From positions 124,001-188,000 of IMG/VR virus record IMGVR_UViG_3300017917_001342: a DNA stretch of 64,000 nucleotides. One strand, written 5' to 3'. The notes under the pieces are model-generated. The model had not been told where the DNA came from and did no database searches. It saw only the letters and a program-made list of their open reading frames with translations. Position numbers and translations under genes: made by a program. Positions 43,591 through 53,825 of this stretch are shown here, piece by piece (the stretch's first letter is position 1; the number at the start of each line of letters is the position of its first letter).

Positions 43591-43855
43591 ACAGCGCCAT
43601 GTTTTTTATTAGGGAATTGTATCATGTGGCCATATAATGACGACGAATGGGATTTTATAAGCAAGCCAAGAAACAAAGGCAAGCAACCCAAGTAATCTAA
43701 CACTGTAACATACTGTAACAGAACGTGTAGATTAAATGTTTACTTTATTATGAGTTGAGTTGACTTTTAGTCATAAATTAAACATACTAACGCATACAAA
43801 AAGGGTGCTAAGTCGACTCACACCCTTATGTGTAAATTTTACAAAGGAAAAATCA

Positions 43856-44413
43856 ATGAAAAAGACTATGATTGCTGTTGCTGCATTTGCAGCGTTTGCC
43901 GCTACTGCTGCTGTTGCTGAAACTACAGTTGCACTAACTTACGGTCAAGATTTCACTGCTGCTGGTTTCGGTGAAAAGACTTCTGACACTGTGGGTATCG
44001 CTGTTGCACATGATCTTGGTGCTTACACACTCGGCGCTTCTTACAGCGGTGATGCAGATGCACAAAACCTCGAAGCAACTGTTGGCCGTCACTTTGCAGT
44101 TAACGATCAACTCAGCATCGGTGCTGCACTTGGTGTTGGCCAGCGTTTTGACACCAACGACTTTGCATACTACACTGTTTCTGCAGATGCAGATGTTAAG
44201 GTCACTGACAAGCTGAGCTGGACTGCTGTTGAGTACCGTTATCGTAACGCATTTGACACTGCTAACGATTACGAATCGCATCGTCTTGGCACAGGTGTTA
44301 GCTATGCACTTACAGACGCTGTTGCTGTAAACGCAAGTGTTTACCGTAACTTTGACGGTGATCTTGATGCAACCGGCAATGCTGCATCAGTTGGTCTTGC
44401 TTACAAGTTCTAA
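43856..44413 (+). CDS. outer-membrane beta-barrel (porin/OmpA-TM-like) protein
   Basis: signal peptide, alternating beta strands, C-terminal VGLAYKF; terminator follows. Confidence 0.8.
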   Translation: MKKTMIAVAAFAAFAATAAVAETTVALTYGQDFTAAGFGEKTSDTVGIAVAHDLGAYTLGASYSGDADAQNLEATVGRHFAVNDQLSIGAALGVGQRFDTNDFAYYTVSADADVKVTDKLSWTAVEYRYRNAFDTANDYESHRLGTGVSYALTDAVAVNASVYRNFDGDLDATGNAASVGLAYKF

Positions 44414-44528
44414 TAGCAGACACAGCTAAAACTAAAGAGCCCTGGGGTAACACCCAGGGTTTCTTTTTGACCATTGACAAGTTGTCTATCACTGTATATT
44501 ATGTGATAATGAACAATGGTAAGAGAAA

Positions 44529-44738
44529 ATGAAAACTCTAATTGAAGTTGTAGATAGACTAGCACCCATTGGCATTGCAACTTGGTTGATTATGGATATG
44601 GTTTCTTATCCAGAACATGCGTTGATTGCAGTAGCTGGTATTGGTGGTTGGCTGTGTTATGTGCATGAGCGTAGACGCAGTTTTTTACTTGCAATTCAAT
44701 TAGCACATCTATTGAAAGAAATAAGAAAAAATGCTTGA
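44529..44738 (+). CDS. small membrane protein
   Basis: two hydrophobic segments. Confidence 0.55.
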   Translation: MKTLIEVVDRLAPIGIATWLIMDMVSYPEHALIAVAGIGGWLCYVHERRRSFLLAIQLAHLLKEIRKNA

Positions 44739-45294
44739 TGTAATTACAAACTCCGTTAAGGACATTTGGTTTATCAGTGACACACATTTTGGTCACTCAA
44801 ACTTCCTTAACTTCAAAGACTCAAACGGTAATCAAATCCGTAAGTTTGCTAACGTGAACGAAATGGATGATTTTATGATCACCAATTGGAACGAAAATAT
44901 CAAACCTGGTGACAAGGTTTATCACCTTGGTGATGTTGCTATGGGCAATCCTGCCGCAGCAAATACACTAGGTAAACTGCACGGTCATAAGCGACTGATT
45001 CTTGGTAACCACGACATTGTTAATCAAGATCTTACTAAACATTTCCGTAAGATCAGCATGTGGCGTGTGTTCCGCGAATATGACTTTATCTGTAGTCATG
45101 TACCGCTGCGTGAAGATTCAATGATGACTACGTTTAACCTGCACGGTCATATTCACCAAAATCCCAGCCCGAGCAATCGGCATATGAATCTCTGCGTAGA
45201 GCATACTGGTTACAAGCCCGTGCATCTAGAAGACATTCTCACTGAACTGGAACGTCGTCGTCCTGAAATTGGCGAGATTGCCCGTGCATATTAA
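44731..45294 (+). CDS. calcineurin-like metallophosphoesterase
   Basis: SDTHFGH, HLGD, GNHD, HGHIH. Confidence 0.9.
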   Translation: MLDVITNSVKDIWFISDTHFGHSNFLNFKDSNGNQIRKFANVNEMDDFMITNWNENIKPGDKVYHLGDVAMGNPAAANTLGKLHGHKRLILGNHDIVNQDLTKHFRKISMWRVFREYDFICSHVPLREDSMMTTFNLHGHIHQNPSPSNRHMNLCVEHTGYKPVHLEDILTELERRRPEIGEIARAY

Positions 45295-45520
45295 TCTGTT
45301 TACCGCCAATGGCTATTTGGTAGTACAACTGTTAGAAGGTAATCTAGTTGTAAGTGAAAGCAGTATTTCAGTAAGGGATCTACTTGCTGCTGTACCTAAC
45401 AATGCAATGCCTACAGATGATCTCTATATTCATGGTGCACCAAGACACAATCAGCAGATACTGACTAGAGAACAAAACGAAGCACTGCTTTTAGCAGAAC
45501 TTAAAAACAAAACCACTTGA
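45269..45520 (+). CDS. hypothetical protein
   Basis: overlapping operon. Confidence 0.45.
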   Translation: MARLPVHINLFTANGYLVVQLLEGNLVVSESSISVRDLLAAVPNNAMPTDDLYIHGAPRHNQQILTREQNEALLLAELKNKTT

Positions 45521-45574
45521 CACTGCTTTTATCTATGCTATTGTCTGCATAGAACAGCACAATAGGAAACTGAG

Positions 45575-46015
45575 ATGAGCAAAGTAATTGTATTTGATGT
45601 TGATGGCACGCTGGCCGACATGGAGCACCGCCGTCATTGGGTTGCAGAAAAACCCAAGAACTGGCCTGCATTTAATGCTGGTATGATTCGTGACACTACG
45701 CATGAAGACATTGTATGGCTCGCTCAACTGTTTGCTGCACAGGGTCACACTATCATCATCTGTTCTGGGCGTGGCGACGAAACTCGCAATGTAACTGAGC
45801 AATGGCTGCGTGATAACAGCGTACCGTTCACTCAGGTCTACATGCGTAGCTTCAAAGACTATCGCCAAGACAGCATTGTCAAAGTTGAACTGCTGGCACA
45901 GATTCGCGAACAACATGGCGAGCCTTGGCTGTGGTTTGATGATCGTCAACAGGTTGTTGATGCTATTCGTGCAGAAGGCGTTCGTGTTCTGCAAGTTGCA
46001 CCGGGGAATTTCTAA
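45575..46015 (+). CDS. PNKP-type 3'-phosphatase (HAD) domain protein
   Basis: FDVDGTLA, CSGR, FDDRQQVV as in the T4 Pnk C-terminal domain. Confidence 0.85.
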   Translation: MSKVIVFDVDGTLADMEHRRHWVAEKPKNWPAFNAGMIRDTTHEDIVWLAQLFAAQGHTIIICSGRGDETRNVTEQWLRDNSVPFTQVYMRSFKDYRQDSIVKVELLAQIREQHGEPWLWFDDRQQVVDAIRAEGVRVLQVAPGNF

Positions 46016-46016
46016 A

Positions 46017-46391
46017 ATGACTTACAAACTGTTTCTCGATGATTACCGTCATCCTCCGTTTCTTGATATCAAAGGGTTTAGCTATCCACATCAGGGCGAA
46101 TGGATAATTGCTCGTAGCATGGATCAGGCAATCCAAATTGTTAAAAATCGTGGGTTGCCCGACTTCATTGCTTTTGATCATGATCTCGAAGATCAACACT
46201 ATGATGGCGAACTTGGCCAGGAACGCACTGGTTATGAATTTGCCAAATGGTTTGCTGATTATGTGCTTGACAATAACCTCGAACTGCCTGCACACTTTGA
46301 TTACGTAGTTCACAGCATGAATCCTGCTGGTGCCGAAAACATTCGCGCATACATGCGTAACTTCATGCGATTTTATCAAAGTGGTAGGTAA
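46017..46391 (+). CDS. cyclic-phosphate-processing receiver-domain protein
   Basis: LFLDDYRHP, W..ARS, FDHDL, VHSMNPAGA. Confidence 0.75.
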   Translation: MTYKLFLDDYRHPPFLDIKGFSYPHQGEWIIARSMDQAIQIVKNRGLPDFIAFDHDLEDQHYDGELGQERTGYEFAKWFADYVLDNNLELPAHFDYVVHSMNPAGAENIRAYMRNFMRFYQSGR

Positions 46392-46588
46392 TGAAGTTTT
46401 CAGAAAAGCAGCGTGATTGGTTTCATGTTATGAAACTGTGGGTCCGTGTTAATACATTCTTTCCGCCTAGTGCGATGGTTTTTACTCTCATGGACCCACA
46501 TGTACAACAATGCTTTCGAGATGCGTTAAAAGAATACGATGCTGCGTTAGCTGCATATAATCTAAAATATCCTAAGAAATGGTATTGA
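46391..46588 (+). CDS. small hypothetical protein
   Basis: TAATG coupling. Confidence 0.5.
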   Translation: MKFSEKQRDWFHVMKLWVRVNTFFPPSAMVFTLMDPHVQQCFRDALKEYDAALAAYNLKYPKKWY

Positions 46589-46647
46589 CTGTATCTACAT
46601 TGATGCTATTGTCTATGTATAGGATTTAGCACACTGGAGCGTTTGCT

Positions 46648-47046
46648 ATGAAACTCGGCGAAAAACTGGCTAAAACTGTTGACGAACTTGAGGCTGCAAA
46701 GATCAAAAAGCTTGAAGAACAAGCTGCGGCTGACCTTGCAAAGGTTCGCAAAGAACGTCAAGAGCTTCACAATTTTGTCGATGATTTCCGTCAGTATCTG
46801 ATTGATACTATCACGGCTGACAAAGTACCTGCACAGAAGGTTAAAAACTACGAACGGCAGCAGTGGATTCGCGATGCCGTTAAAGGCACTGCTAAGCATC
46901 AGGACATTTGGAATGGCCTGCGCAATTGGGCTCGTGAACAAGCGTTGACAATCATTGCTCGCGAAGATCACGACGGCATGGGTATGGAAAGCTGGATCAC
47001 GCTCACTGCTGATGCAGTTCGTCCAGGTACTAGGGGTCTGTATTGA
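46648..47046 (+). CDS. hypothetical protein
   Basis: GGAG RBS, promoter upstream. Confidence 0.7.
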   Translation: MKLGEKLAKTVDELEAAKIKKLEEQAAADLAKVRKERQELHNFVDDFRQYLIDTITADKVPAQKVKNYERQQWIRDAVKGTAKHQDIWNGLRNWAREQALTIIAREDHDGMGMESWITLTADAVRPGTRGLY

Positions 47047-47291
47047 GTGATGTAATTAAATCTGCAAGACTAAGTGTTTCAAATCTTGGCGGCAGCGAGT
47101 TAAAAGCCGTTGCTGCCAATGAAGGTCTTCAAGAACTTTTTAAACAAAAACAAGCGTTGATGGCAGAAATGAATGTTGCTAAAAGAGCAGCAGCAGATGC
47201 CGCCGCAGTCCCATATTTAGAAGCAATTGCAGAAGTAGATCAAATGTATGCAATGCTGCTAGCAATGCTAGGGGACAACAAAGATGGCTAA
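47043..47291 (+). CDS. hypothetical helical protein
   Basis: GTGA overlap. Confidence 0.55.
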   Translation: MSDVIKSARLSVSNLGGSELKAVAANEGLQELFKQKQALMAEMNVAKRAAADAAAVPYLEAIAEVDQMYAMLLAMLGDNKDG

Positions 47292-47523
47292 GACCATTAT
47301 ACATGTCAATCAACATGTAATTAGAAGTAATCACAAAACTGGCGAACGCAATCCCACGCTAACTGTAAAGCGTGGCAAGACCAATACCTATGCTAGTGAA
47401 GTTGTAATCAACGGTCCTAGCAGAGTTGTATACAGTCCAGATAAGCCGCTTAGCTGTGGCGCAAAAGTATGGATTGAAACTGAAAGCGAAGTATCATTTA
47501 TAGGCGATCATAAGGAACTCTAA
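47284..47523 (+). CDS. conserved phage hypothetical protein
   Basis: IHVNQHVIR..PDKPLSCGAKVWIET. Confidence 0.7.
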   Translation: MAKTIIHVNQHVIRSNHKTGERNPTLTVKRGKTNTYASEVVINGPSRVVYSPDKPLSCGAKVWIETESEVSFIGDHKEL

Positions 47524-47526
47524 TCA

Positions 47527-48747
47527 ATGGCAATCAACAGCATTAAAATTCCAGCTAAGCACTATGTTGGCATGGTTAAACGACAGACTGAAAAAATCCC
47601 TCTTGGTTTTATTACACCTTGGGGAGAAGATGCTGCTGCAAAGAAACGTATGGACACTGTCGATAGTTGGTCCAAACAGAGTTACTATGGTAATAAAGCG
47701 TTGCCAGCAATGGTAATTGACAACGTGCCAATGGCTGGATTTAAGATGACTACTGACATTCGCAGTAGCAGCTATGGCGGCGTTGACAAATGGCGCATTG
47801 AAGATCCACGTGGTTTTGAGTTGGAAATCACCAGTCACAACCTTGCACAACTGCTCAGTGTTGGTATGATCGATCGTGGCGAAATTATGGATACCTGTGT
47901 TTGGGCTCGCAATGGTCAACAGAATGTACTGCTCAGTACTAACACTGATGAATATAAGGAGGCTGTAGAAAACACTGCTGTTGCTAATATGAAGGCAGAA
48001 TGGAAAGACGTCAAAGTCGGAAATAAGATTCTGTTGCAAAATAACATCACTGGTGTTTGGCTTGGACGTATGCATCAGCTGGGCTGGAATAGCAGTCATT
48101 ATGACGAAGCGGCCTGGACTAAGAACGAAGTTGTATCAGCTGATAAAAGTCAACACATCATCTATGTAGAAACCGCAGATAGCGAAGAACTACATGTTAT
48201 TGCAAGTCCAAAACTCGCAGCTATTGTAGAATCTACTACAATGACTGATGCAGATGCAGAACTGTTTGCAAATCGCAAACTCGTAAATCCAAAATGCAAA
48301 ACTGTTACTAATGGATACAGCACAATTCTTGCACTCACAGTTGGTAGTGTTAAAGCTGGAAAAACTATGACGTTTGAACTAACGCCAACTGATATCGGTA
48401 CCGAAGCAGAATTGCAGGCACATGTAAAAAATCGTCGCAGCAGCACAGCTATTTTTATTGATGCAGGTGACAAGGGCATTGTTAAACTGTTTGATCAAAG
48501 CTATTACGGCCGCACTAACACTACTCCAATTGGTGCAGTTGTGTATCTAAAGGATCGATTTGCAGCACATGAACTAGTGCCGCATACAACACAAGAACTA
48601 AATGACAACTATTACAACCGTCGCTATTATACTAAACAGCTAAGCTACAATTTTCAGTGGACTGATAATTGCGTTGGTAAACTCTGCACACTGACTATCA
48701 AATTGCAGACTAAAACTGGCAACATTATCCGTTGCACACTGCAATAA
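47527..48747 (+). CDS. hypothetical protein
   Basis: 406-aa ORF; IEDPRGFELEI. Confidence 0.75.
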   Translation: MAINSIKIPAKHYVGMVKRQTEKIPLGFITPWGEDAAAKKRMDTVDSWSKQSYYGNKALPAMVIDNVPMAGFKMTTDIRSSSYGGVDKWRIEDPRGFELEITSHNLAQLLSVGMIDRGEIMDTCVWARNGQQNVLLSTNTDEYKEAVENTAVANMKAEWKDVKVGNKILLQNNITGVWLGRMHQLGWNSSHYDEAAWTKNEVVSADKSQHIIYVETADSEELHVIASPKLAAIVESTTMTDADAELFANRKLVNPKCKTVTNGYSTILALTVGSVKAGKTMTFELTPTDIGTEAELQAHVKNRRSSTAIFIDAGDKGIVKLFDQSYYGRTNTTPIGAVVYLKDRFAAHELVPHTTQELNDNYYNRRYYTKQLSYNFQWTDNCVGKLCTLTIKLQTKTGNIIRCTLQ

Positions 48748-48811
48748 CAGTTGACACACTCAAACTATCCTGCTATAACTCACACATCGAAAACAACACA
48801 CAGAGGCTAAA

Positions 48812-49885
48812 ATGACTCATTACCTTAAGAACGGCAACGCCTACAAAGTAGCTGACGAAAACAGCATGGAAATGTATAGCAAGTTGCCAGTAGGTAACTA
48901 TATTATCGGACAGGATATGTTTGGTAATTTCTATCTTGAACAAGTTGATTCGTTCACTGCACCGTCGCGTATCTACGGTGATACCACTAAGATGGTTGAT
49001 CGTATTCTGCGCACTTACCAAAGCCGTCCGGCTAGCACTGGTGTTATGCTTACTGGCGAAAAGGGTTCCGGTAAGACTCTGCTCAGCAAGATGCTTAGCA
49101 TTGTTGGAGCCGAACAGGGCATTCCCACAATTATCATCAACAGCGCCTGGAAAGGTGATGCATTCAACAAGCTGATGCAAGACATTGATCAGCCGTGCAT
49201 TGTTGTTTTCGATGAATTTGAGAAAGTCTACGACAGCAATGAGCAGGAAGCTATCCTTACGCTGCTCGACGGTGTGTTTCCCAGCAAGAAACTGTTTGTG
49301 CTGACTTGCAACGACAAATGGCGTGTTGACCAACATATGCGTAACCGTCCGGGACGTATTTTTTACATGCTGGACTACACTGGTCTTGATCAGGGATTTG
49401 TTCGCGAGTACTGCGAAGAAAACCTCGACGACAAAACTCAAATCGACGCTGTGTGCAATGCTGCTAGCCTGTTTACCAGCTTCAACTTTGACATGCTCAA
49501 GGCAGTTGTTGAGGAAATGAACCGCTACAACGAAACTCCGCAGCAAGTGCTTAAGTACCTCAATGCTAAGCCAGAGTTCATCAATGCTGACAGCTTTACT
49601 GTTGAAGCTGTTGTTGACGGCGAGCCGATCAAGCGTGCTGACATTTCGCCGGAAACTTGGCGCGGTAACCCACTGCGTGACGAGCTTAACATCAGCGTTA
49701 AGCGTGTGCTCGAAAATGTCGATGAAGACGAAGACGAGTACGAATGGGTTGACATTGAGATGAACAATGGCAACCTTAAGAAAGTCGACGGCAACAACGG
49801 TCGCTTTGTGTTTACCAACGAGGATGGCACTATCATCCTTACTCGTGTGCAAGCACCGAAAGTTGATTACTGGGGTGTGCTCTAA
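48812..49885 (+). CDS. AAA ATPase
   Basis: GEKGSGKT, VFDEFEK, RPGR. Confidence 0.88.
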   Translation: MTHYLKNGNAYKVADENSMEMYSKLPVGNYIIGQDMFGNFYLEQVDSFTAPSRIYGDTTKMVDRILRTYQSRPASTGVMLTGEKGSGKTLLSKMLSIVGAEQGIPTIIINSAWKGDAFNKLMQDIDQPCIVVFDEFEKVYDSNEQEAILTLLDGVFPSKKLFVLTCNDKWRVDQHMRNRPGRIFYMLDYTGLDQGFVREYCEENLDDKTQIDAVCNAASLFTSFNFDMLKAVVEEMNRYNETPQQVLKYLNAKPEFINADSFTVEAVVDGEPIKRADISPETWRGNPLRDELNISVKRVLENVDEDEDEYEWVDIEMNNGNLKKVDGNNGRFVFTNEDGTIILTRVQAPKVDYWGVL

Positions 49886-49902
49886 GTTATCACTAACACC
49901 AA

Positions 49903-49928
49903 TCAGGGCGCTTCGGCGCCCTGATTCT
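49903..49928 (+). terminator. intrinsic terminator
   Basis: AATCAGGGCGC-TTCG-GCGCCCTGATT. Confidence 0.8.
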
Positions 49929-49948
49929 ATTTCGTATAGGAGTTCGAT

Positions 49949-50620
49949 TTGATACAACCATTTATACACAAGGACGACGTACTGATTGTAGAAAGACTAT
50001 GCAGTGTTAGATCTAATTTTTGGATTGCTGGCGGTGCACCTTTAAATTGGTATCAAAATATACCAGCAGACAGCGACATAGATTTATATTTCAAAAGCCA
50101 AAAAGATTACAACACATTAAACGATGCGTTATCCGCTGCATATGAGTCCGACGAGCATGTAGCAACAGACGGATACTTTACACTGTTTAGCAGTGCAACA
50201 AAGAAAAAAGCAAGACTGTTTAAAAACGATATTGTAGTCCAACACCGACACAATACAGAAAACGCAGTTACCTACACACTAGGTGTTGCTACTAAAACCG
50301 GTGACATAGACGAAGACTTTCCTATTTGGAAAGTTCAGTTGATCAAACGTAAATTCTACGATACCGTACAAGAAGTCATTGATGATTTTGATATTACTGT
50401 GTGTCAAATTGCACTAGACGTGCTTGTTAGACCCGTCACTGGTAAACTGTTTGCAGAAGATGTTGCTGCTAAACGTTTGAGATTTAATCGTCTATCACCT
50501 GGCAGCGCAAAAAGATTGATAAAATATTGGACCTATGGCTATACTCCCAGCGATGAGGTATTACAATCAGTTATTGATCATCCAGACCTAGATCTGCGTG
50601 TATCGGGAGATGACTACTAA
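49949..50620 (+). CDS. nucleotidyltransferase (polyA polymerase/CCA head-like)
   Basis: WIAGGAP..DSDIDLYF..DDFDITVCQIA. Confidence 0.7.
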   Translation: MIQPFIHKDDVLIVERLCSVRSNFWIAGGAPLNWYQNIPADSDIDLYFKSQKDYNTLNDALSAAYESDEHVATDGYFTLFSSATKKKARLFKNDIVVQHRHNTENAVTYTLGVATKTGDIDEDFPIWKVQLIKRKFYDTVQEVIDDFDITVCQIALDVLVRPVTGKLFAEDVAAKRLRFNRLSPGSAKRLIKYWTYGYTPSDEVLQSVIDHPDLDLRVSGDDY

Positions 50621-51024
50621 TGAGTACGCAAAGACATCAAGCTGCTTGGAGCAAACTCAGTCCAGTTCCAACTATGCATTATCATCCGCCTAGTGCTAGT
50701 CACATTGTCTATTGGAATGGTGTTGGTATGGTACGCAGCACTGCATTAATACTGTTAGGCACATGGTGGAACGTAATGTGGCCAACACCTAAGATGCGAG
50801 ACAAATCCTATGAAGAGTTTATCAAAGCATATAGACTGGGCGCATTTGGTGATGTAGACTGGGACAATATCATCCCACGTGATCCCAAACAATATTATGC
50901 GTTAATTACCAAATGGATAAACAAACACCAAGACCAACCTCCGCATCAACTAAAAGAACAATATACATTCCAAGAAGCATTGGCTTGGTTTAAAACAGAT
51001 AACGAAACTGTAATTGACGACTAA
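50620..51024 (+). CDS. hypothetical protein
   Basis: TAATG coupling. Confidence 0.6.
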   Translation: MSTQRHQAAWSKLSPVPTMHYHPPSASHIVYWNGVGMVRSTALILLGTWWNVMWPTPKMRDKSYEEFIKAYRLGAFGDVDWDNIIPRDPKQYYALITKWINKHQDQPPHQLKEQYTFQEALAWFKTDNETVIDD

Positions 51025-51069
51025 CATGGTCGTAAGGTATAGTTATAGATTAACTCAATAGGAGAATAT

Positions 51070-52167
51070 ATGTCGTACCTTTTCACTAGTGAAAGTGTCA
51101 GCGAAGGGCATCCGGACAAAGTAGCAGATGCTATTAGTGATGCTGTTTTAGACATGGTAATGAGTCATAAAGATTCAGCAATGCGTTGTGCATGTGAAAC
51201 CCTGGTTACTACTAATCGTGTTGTGATTGCAGGCGAATACAAAGGCGTACTAGGTTCTAGCGCAGTTGATGACACTGTACGCAGTGTTATTAGACAAATA
51301 GGTTATGAACAACCAGGGTTTGATTGGCGTACCGTAGAAATTACAAACCTCATGCACGGCCAAAGTGCTGATATTGCACTTGGCACTGATAATTTTGGTG
51401 CAGGTGATCAAGGTCTTATGTTTGGCTATGCTTGCAACGAAAACAGCAACTACATGCCAAGTGCAATCTACTACAGTCACCGTATCGTAGAAGAACTAAC
51501 TAGACTGCGCAAGCTAGGCGGCGAAGAAAGCTGGCTTGGCCCAGACGCAAAAAGTCAAGTTACATTTGAATACGACGACAACAATAAACCTGTGCGTATT
51601 GCCAAAGTTGTTTGTAGTACACAGCATAGCGAGTCAGTTGACATTGTTCGTGTACGCGAAGTAGTAGAAACTATCATACGCGGTGTATTGCCTGCTAATC
51701 TAGTTGATACTAATACAGAATTCTACATTAACCCAACTGGACGTTTTGTTATCGGCGGACCAGATGGTGACACAGGCTTAACCGGTCGTAAGATCATTGT
51801 TGATACCTATGGTGGTTATGCACCGCACGGTGGTGGTGCGTTTAGTGGTAAAGATCCTACCAAAGTTGATCGCAGTGCTGCATATATGATGCGTTATCTT
51901 GCAAAGAACATTGTGGCAAGTGGTCGTGCTGATTGGGCAACTGTACAGGTCAGCTATGCTATTGGTGTTAAAGATCCAATGAGTTTCTACGTAGAAAGCA
52001 ACGGCGATAGCAGAGCTCTTACTGCATGGATTAAAGACAATGTTGATCTAACTCCCGCAGGAATTATTAAACATTTCGACTTGTTCAGACCTATCTATAG
52101 TGCTACAACTAACTACGGACACTTCGGCAAGAATGGCTTGCCATGGGAAAAGGTAGATCTATTCTAA
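51070..52167 (+). CDS. metK: S-adenosylmethionine synthetase
   Basis: FTSESVSEGHPDK, GAGDQGLMFG, GGGAFSGKDPTKVDRS. Confidence 0.97.
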   Translation: MSYLFTSESVSEGHPDKVADAISDAVLDMVMSHKDSAMRCACETLVTTNRVVIAGEYKGVLGSSAVDDTVRSVIRQIGYEQPGFDWRTVEITNLMHGQSADIALGTDNFGAGDQGLMFGYACNENSNYMPSAIYYSHRIVEELTRLRKLGGEESWLGPDAKSQVTFEYDDNNKPVRIAKVVCSTQHSESVDIVRVREVVETIIRGVLPANLVDTNTEFYINPTGRFVIGGPDGDTGLTGRKIIVDTYGGYAPHGGGAFSGKDPTKVDRSAAYMMRYLAKNIVASGRADWATVQVSYAIGVKDPMSFYVESNGDSRALTAWIKDNVDLTPAGIIKHFDLFRPIYSATTNYGHFGKNGLPWEKVDLF

Positions 52168-53192
52168 TGACAAACTCTTCAATCAAGCGCATTGGTTTTG
52201 CTTGCAAATGGCTCGACAGCGACATTGCTGCACGAAATGATGATCTTAACACAAGTACTACCACTGTGGCTTGGTTGAACAGGCAAACTCGAGACGTCGC
52301 AGAACAGCGTCTTTGGGATCTTATGATTCACAACATTCGATCTGCTAGACTGCTAGTGGAAGCAGTTGCTAAACTAGCGCCGCAATTGCGTATGGTACGA
52401 CTGGGCAGCGATATTTTGCCAGTATATACTGAATCAACTTGGAGTTATTTTTGGTCTAAGCCAGATGTCATTGCCTACGCTGAACGTGAGTTTGCTCGTG
52501 TAGGTGAAGCAGCTCGTGTCAATGATGTTCGATTGAGCATGCACCCTGGCCAGTTCACTGTGCTTGCTAGCGACAATCCTGATATTGTCAATCGCAGTAT
52601 TGCAGAATTTGAATATCATGTTGACATGGCTCGTTGGATGGGCTATGGTCAACGTTTCCAAGATTTTAAAATCAATGTGCATATCAGTGGCAAACAAGGT
52701 CCGGCGGGTATTCGTGCAGTACTGCCGCGCCTTTCAATTGAAGCACGTAACTGTATTACCATTGAGAACGACGAGAACGGTTGGGGGCTCGATGCTAGTC
52801 TTGAACTAGAACGAGACGTCCCGCTTGTGCTTGATATCCACCATCATTGGGTTCGCTCAGGTGAATATATTCAAGCCAACGACGATCGTGTTAAGCGTGT
52901 GATTGATAGTTGGCGCGGTGTACGTCCTGCAATGCATTACAGTGTTAGCAGAGAAGACTATGTGGTTAACCACGATGTTAACAATCTTCCTGATATGGAA
53001 TCTTTGTTGTCAACTGGTTACAAGAAACAGAAACTGCGGGCGCATAGCGACTACTATTGGAATGTTGCTGCCAACAATTGGGCGCTGAGTTTCAACGAAA
53101 ATTTTGATATTATGTGCGAAAGCAAGGCAAAGAATCTTGCTAGCAAAAAACTATTTGAATACGCAAATCAGACCGGCATACTGCTAGTCTAA
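52167..53192 (+). CDS. uvsE: UV-damage endonuclease
   Basis: RIGFACK, RLSMHPGQF, IENDE, LDIHHH, HSDY. Confidence 0.92.
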   Translation: MTNSSIKRIGFACKWLDSDIAARNDDLNTSTTTVAWLNRQTRDVAEQRLWDLMIHNIRSARLLVEAVAKLAPQLRMVRLGSDILPVYTESTWSYFWSKPDVIAYAEREFARVGEAARVNDVRLSMHPGQFTVLASDNPDIVNRSIAEFEYHVDMARWMGYGQRFQDFKINVHISGKQGPAGIRAVLPRLSIEARNCITIENDENGWGLDASLELERDVPLVLDIHHHWVRSGEYIQANDDRVKRVIDSWRGVRPAMHYSVSREDYVVNHDVNNLPDMESLLSTGYKKQKLRAHSDYYWNVAANNWALSFNENFDIMCESKAKNLASKKLFEYANQTGILLV

Positions 53193-53194
53193 CT

Positions 53195-53750
53195 TTGTAG
53201 AACACTGCTGATAACCTGACCCGGGTGGTTGAATTGGGTGGCTCACCTTCAGGATAGGAGGGACGCCAGTGTGCAGCAGCACGGCTGATTTTCACTACCC
53301 ACTGATGGTGGATGAGTGAAGTCCACCAAAGTGGTTCCGTATTACAAATCAAACTTCCTGAACTTCAGCGCAAAAAGCAAGCAAACGGTAAAAGCTTCGA
53401 AAGAAGCACTTGAGATATTAGGCGGTAATCTCACGTCTATGATTATCAGTGGTGGTGTGTCCGAGGGTCACTGGTATAGACGAGCAGGCATTAAGCGTAA
53501 TTAGGGAGGCAATCGTAACAGCCCCTATCCTGTAACAAGGTGGTGAACAGATGGACAGGTGAAATGACTCAGCGAATAGCATTTTATTTTTTACACGGTG
53601 GCAAAGTTGTCGCCGTGTGGCTAGAGATCTAGCGAATAACAATAGAATATTAATTCATTATCAATAAGATAAAAGCGATTGAGTTTATGAGTGCAGCTTG
53701 CGAAACGACATAAACGAAAGGCGCATTGAGTCTTTAGACTCAATATCAAA
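53195..53750 (+). ncRNA. ~550-nt hairpin-rich non-coding region
   Basis: GC-richer than flanks, many hairpins, no convincing ORF. Confidence 0.4.
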
Positions 53751-53825
53751 CTGATTTACACTTTAATGAATAATTCTGATTTAACTTTTTTGGTTTAGCA
53801 GCTACAATAGAAAAAAGGAAAGCAT

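Noticed and set aside
53195-53750. tmRNA or group I/II intron
   Set aside because: No tRNA-like ends or AA-ending tag frame, and no P7 or domain V signature was found.
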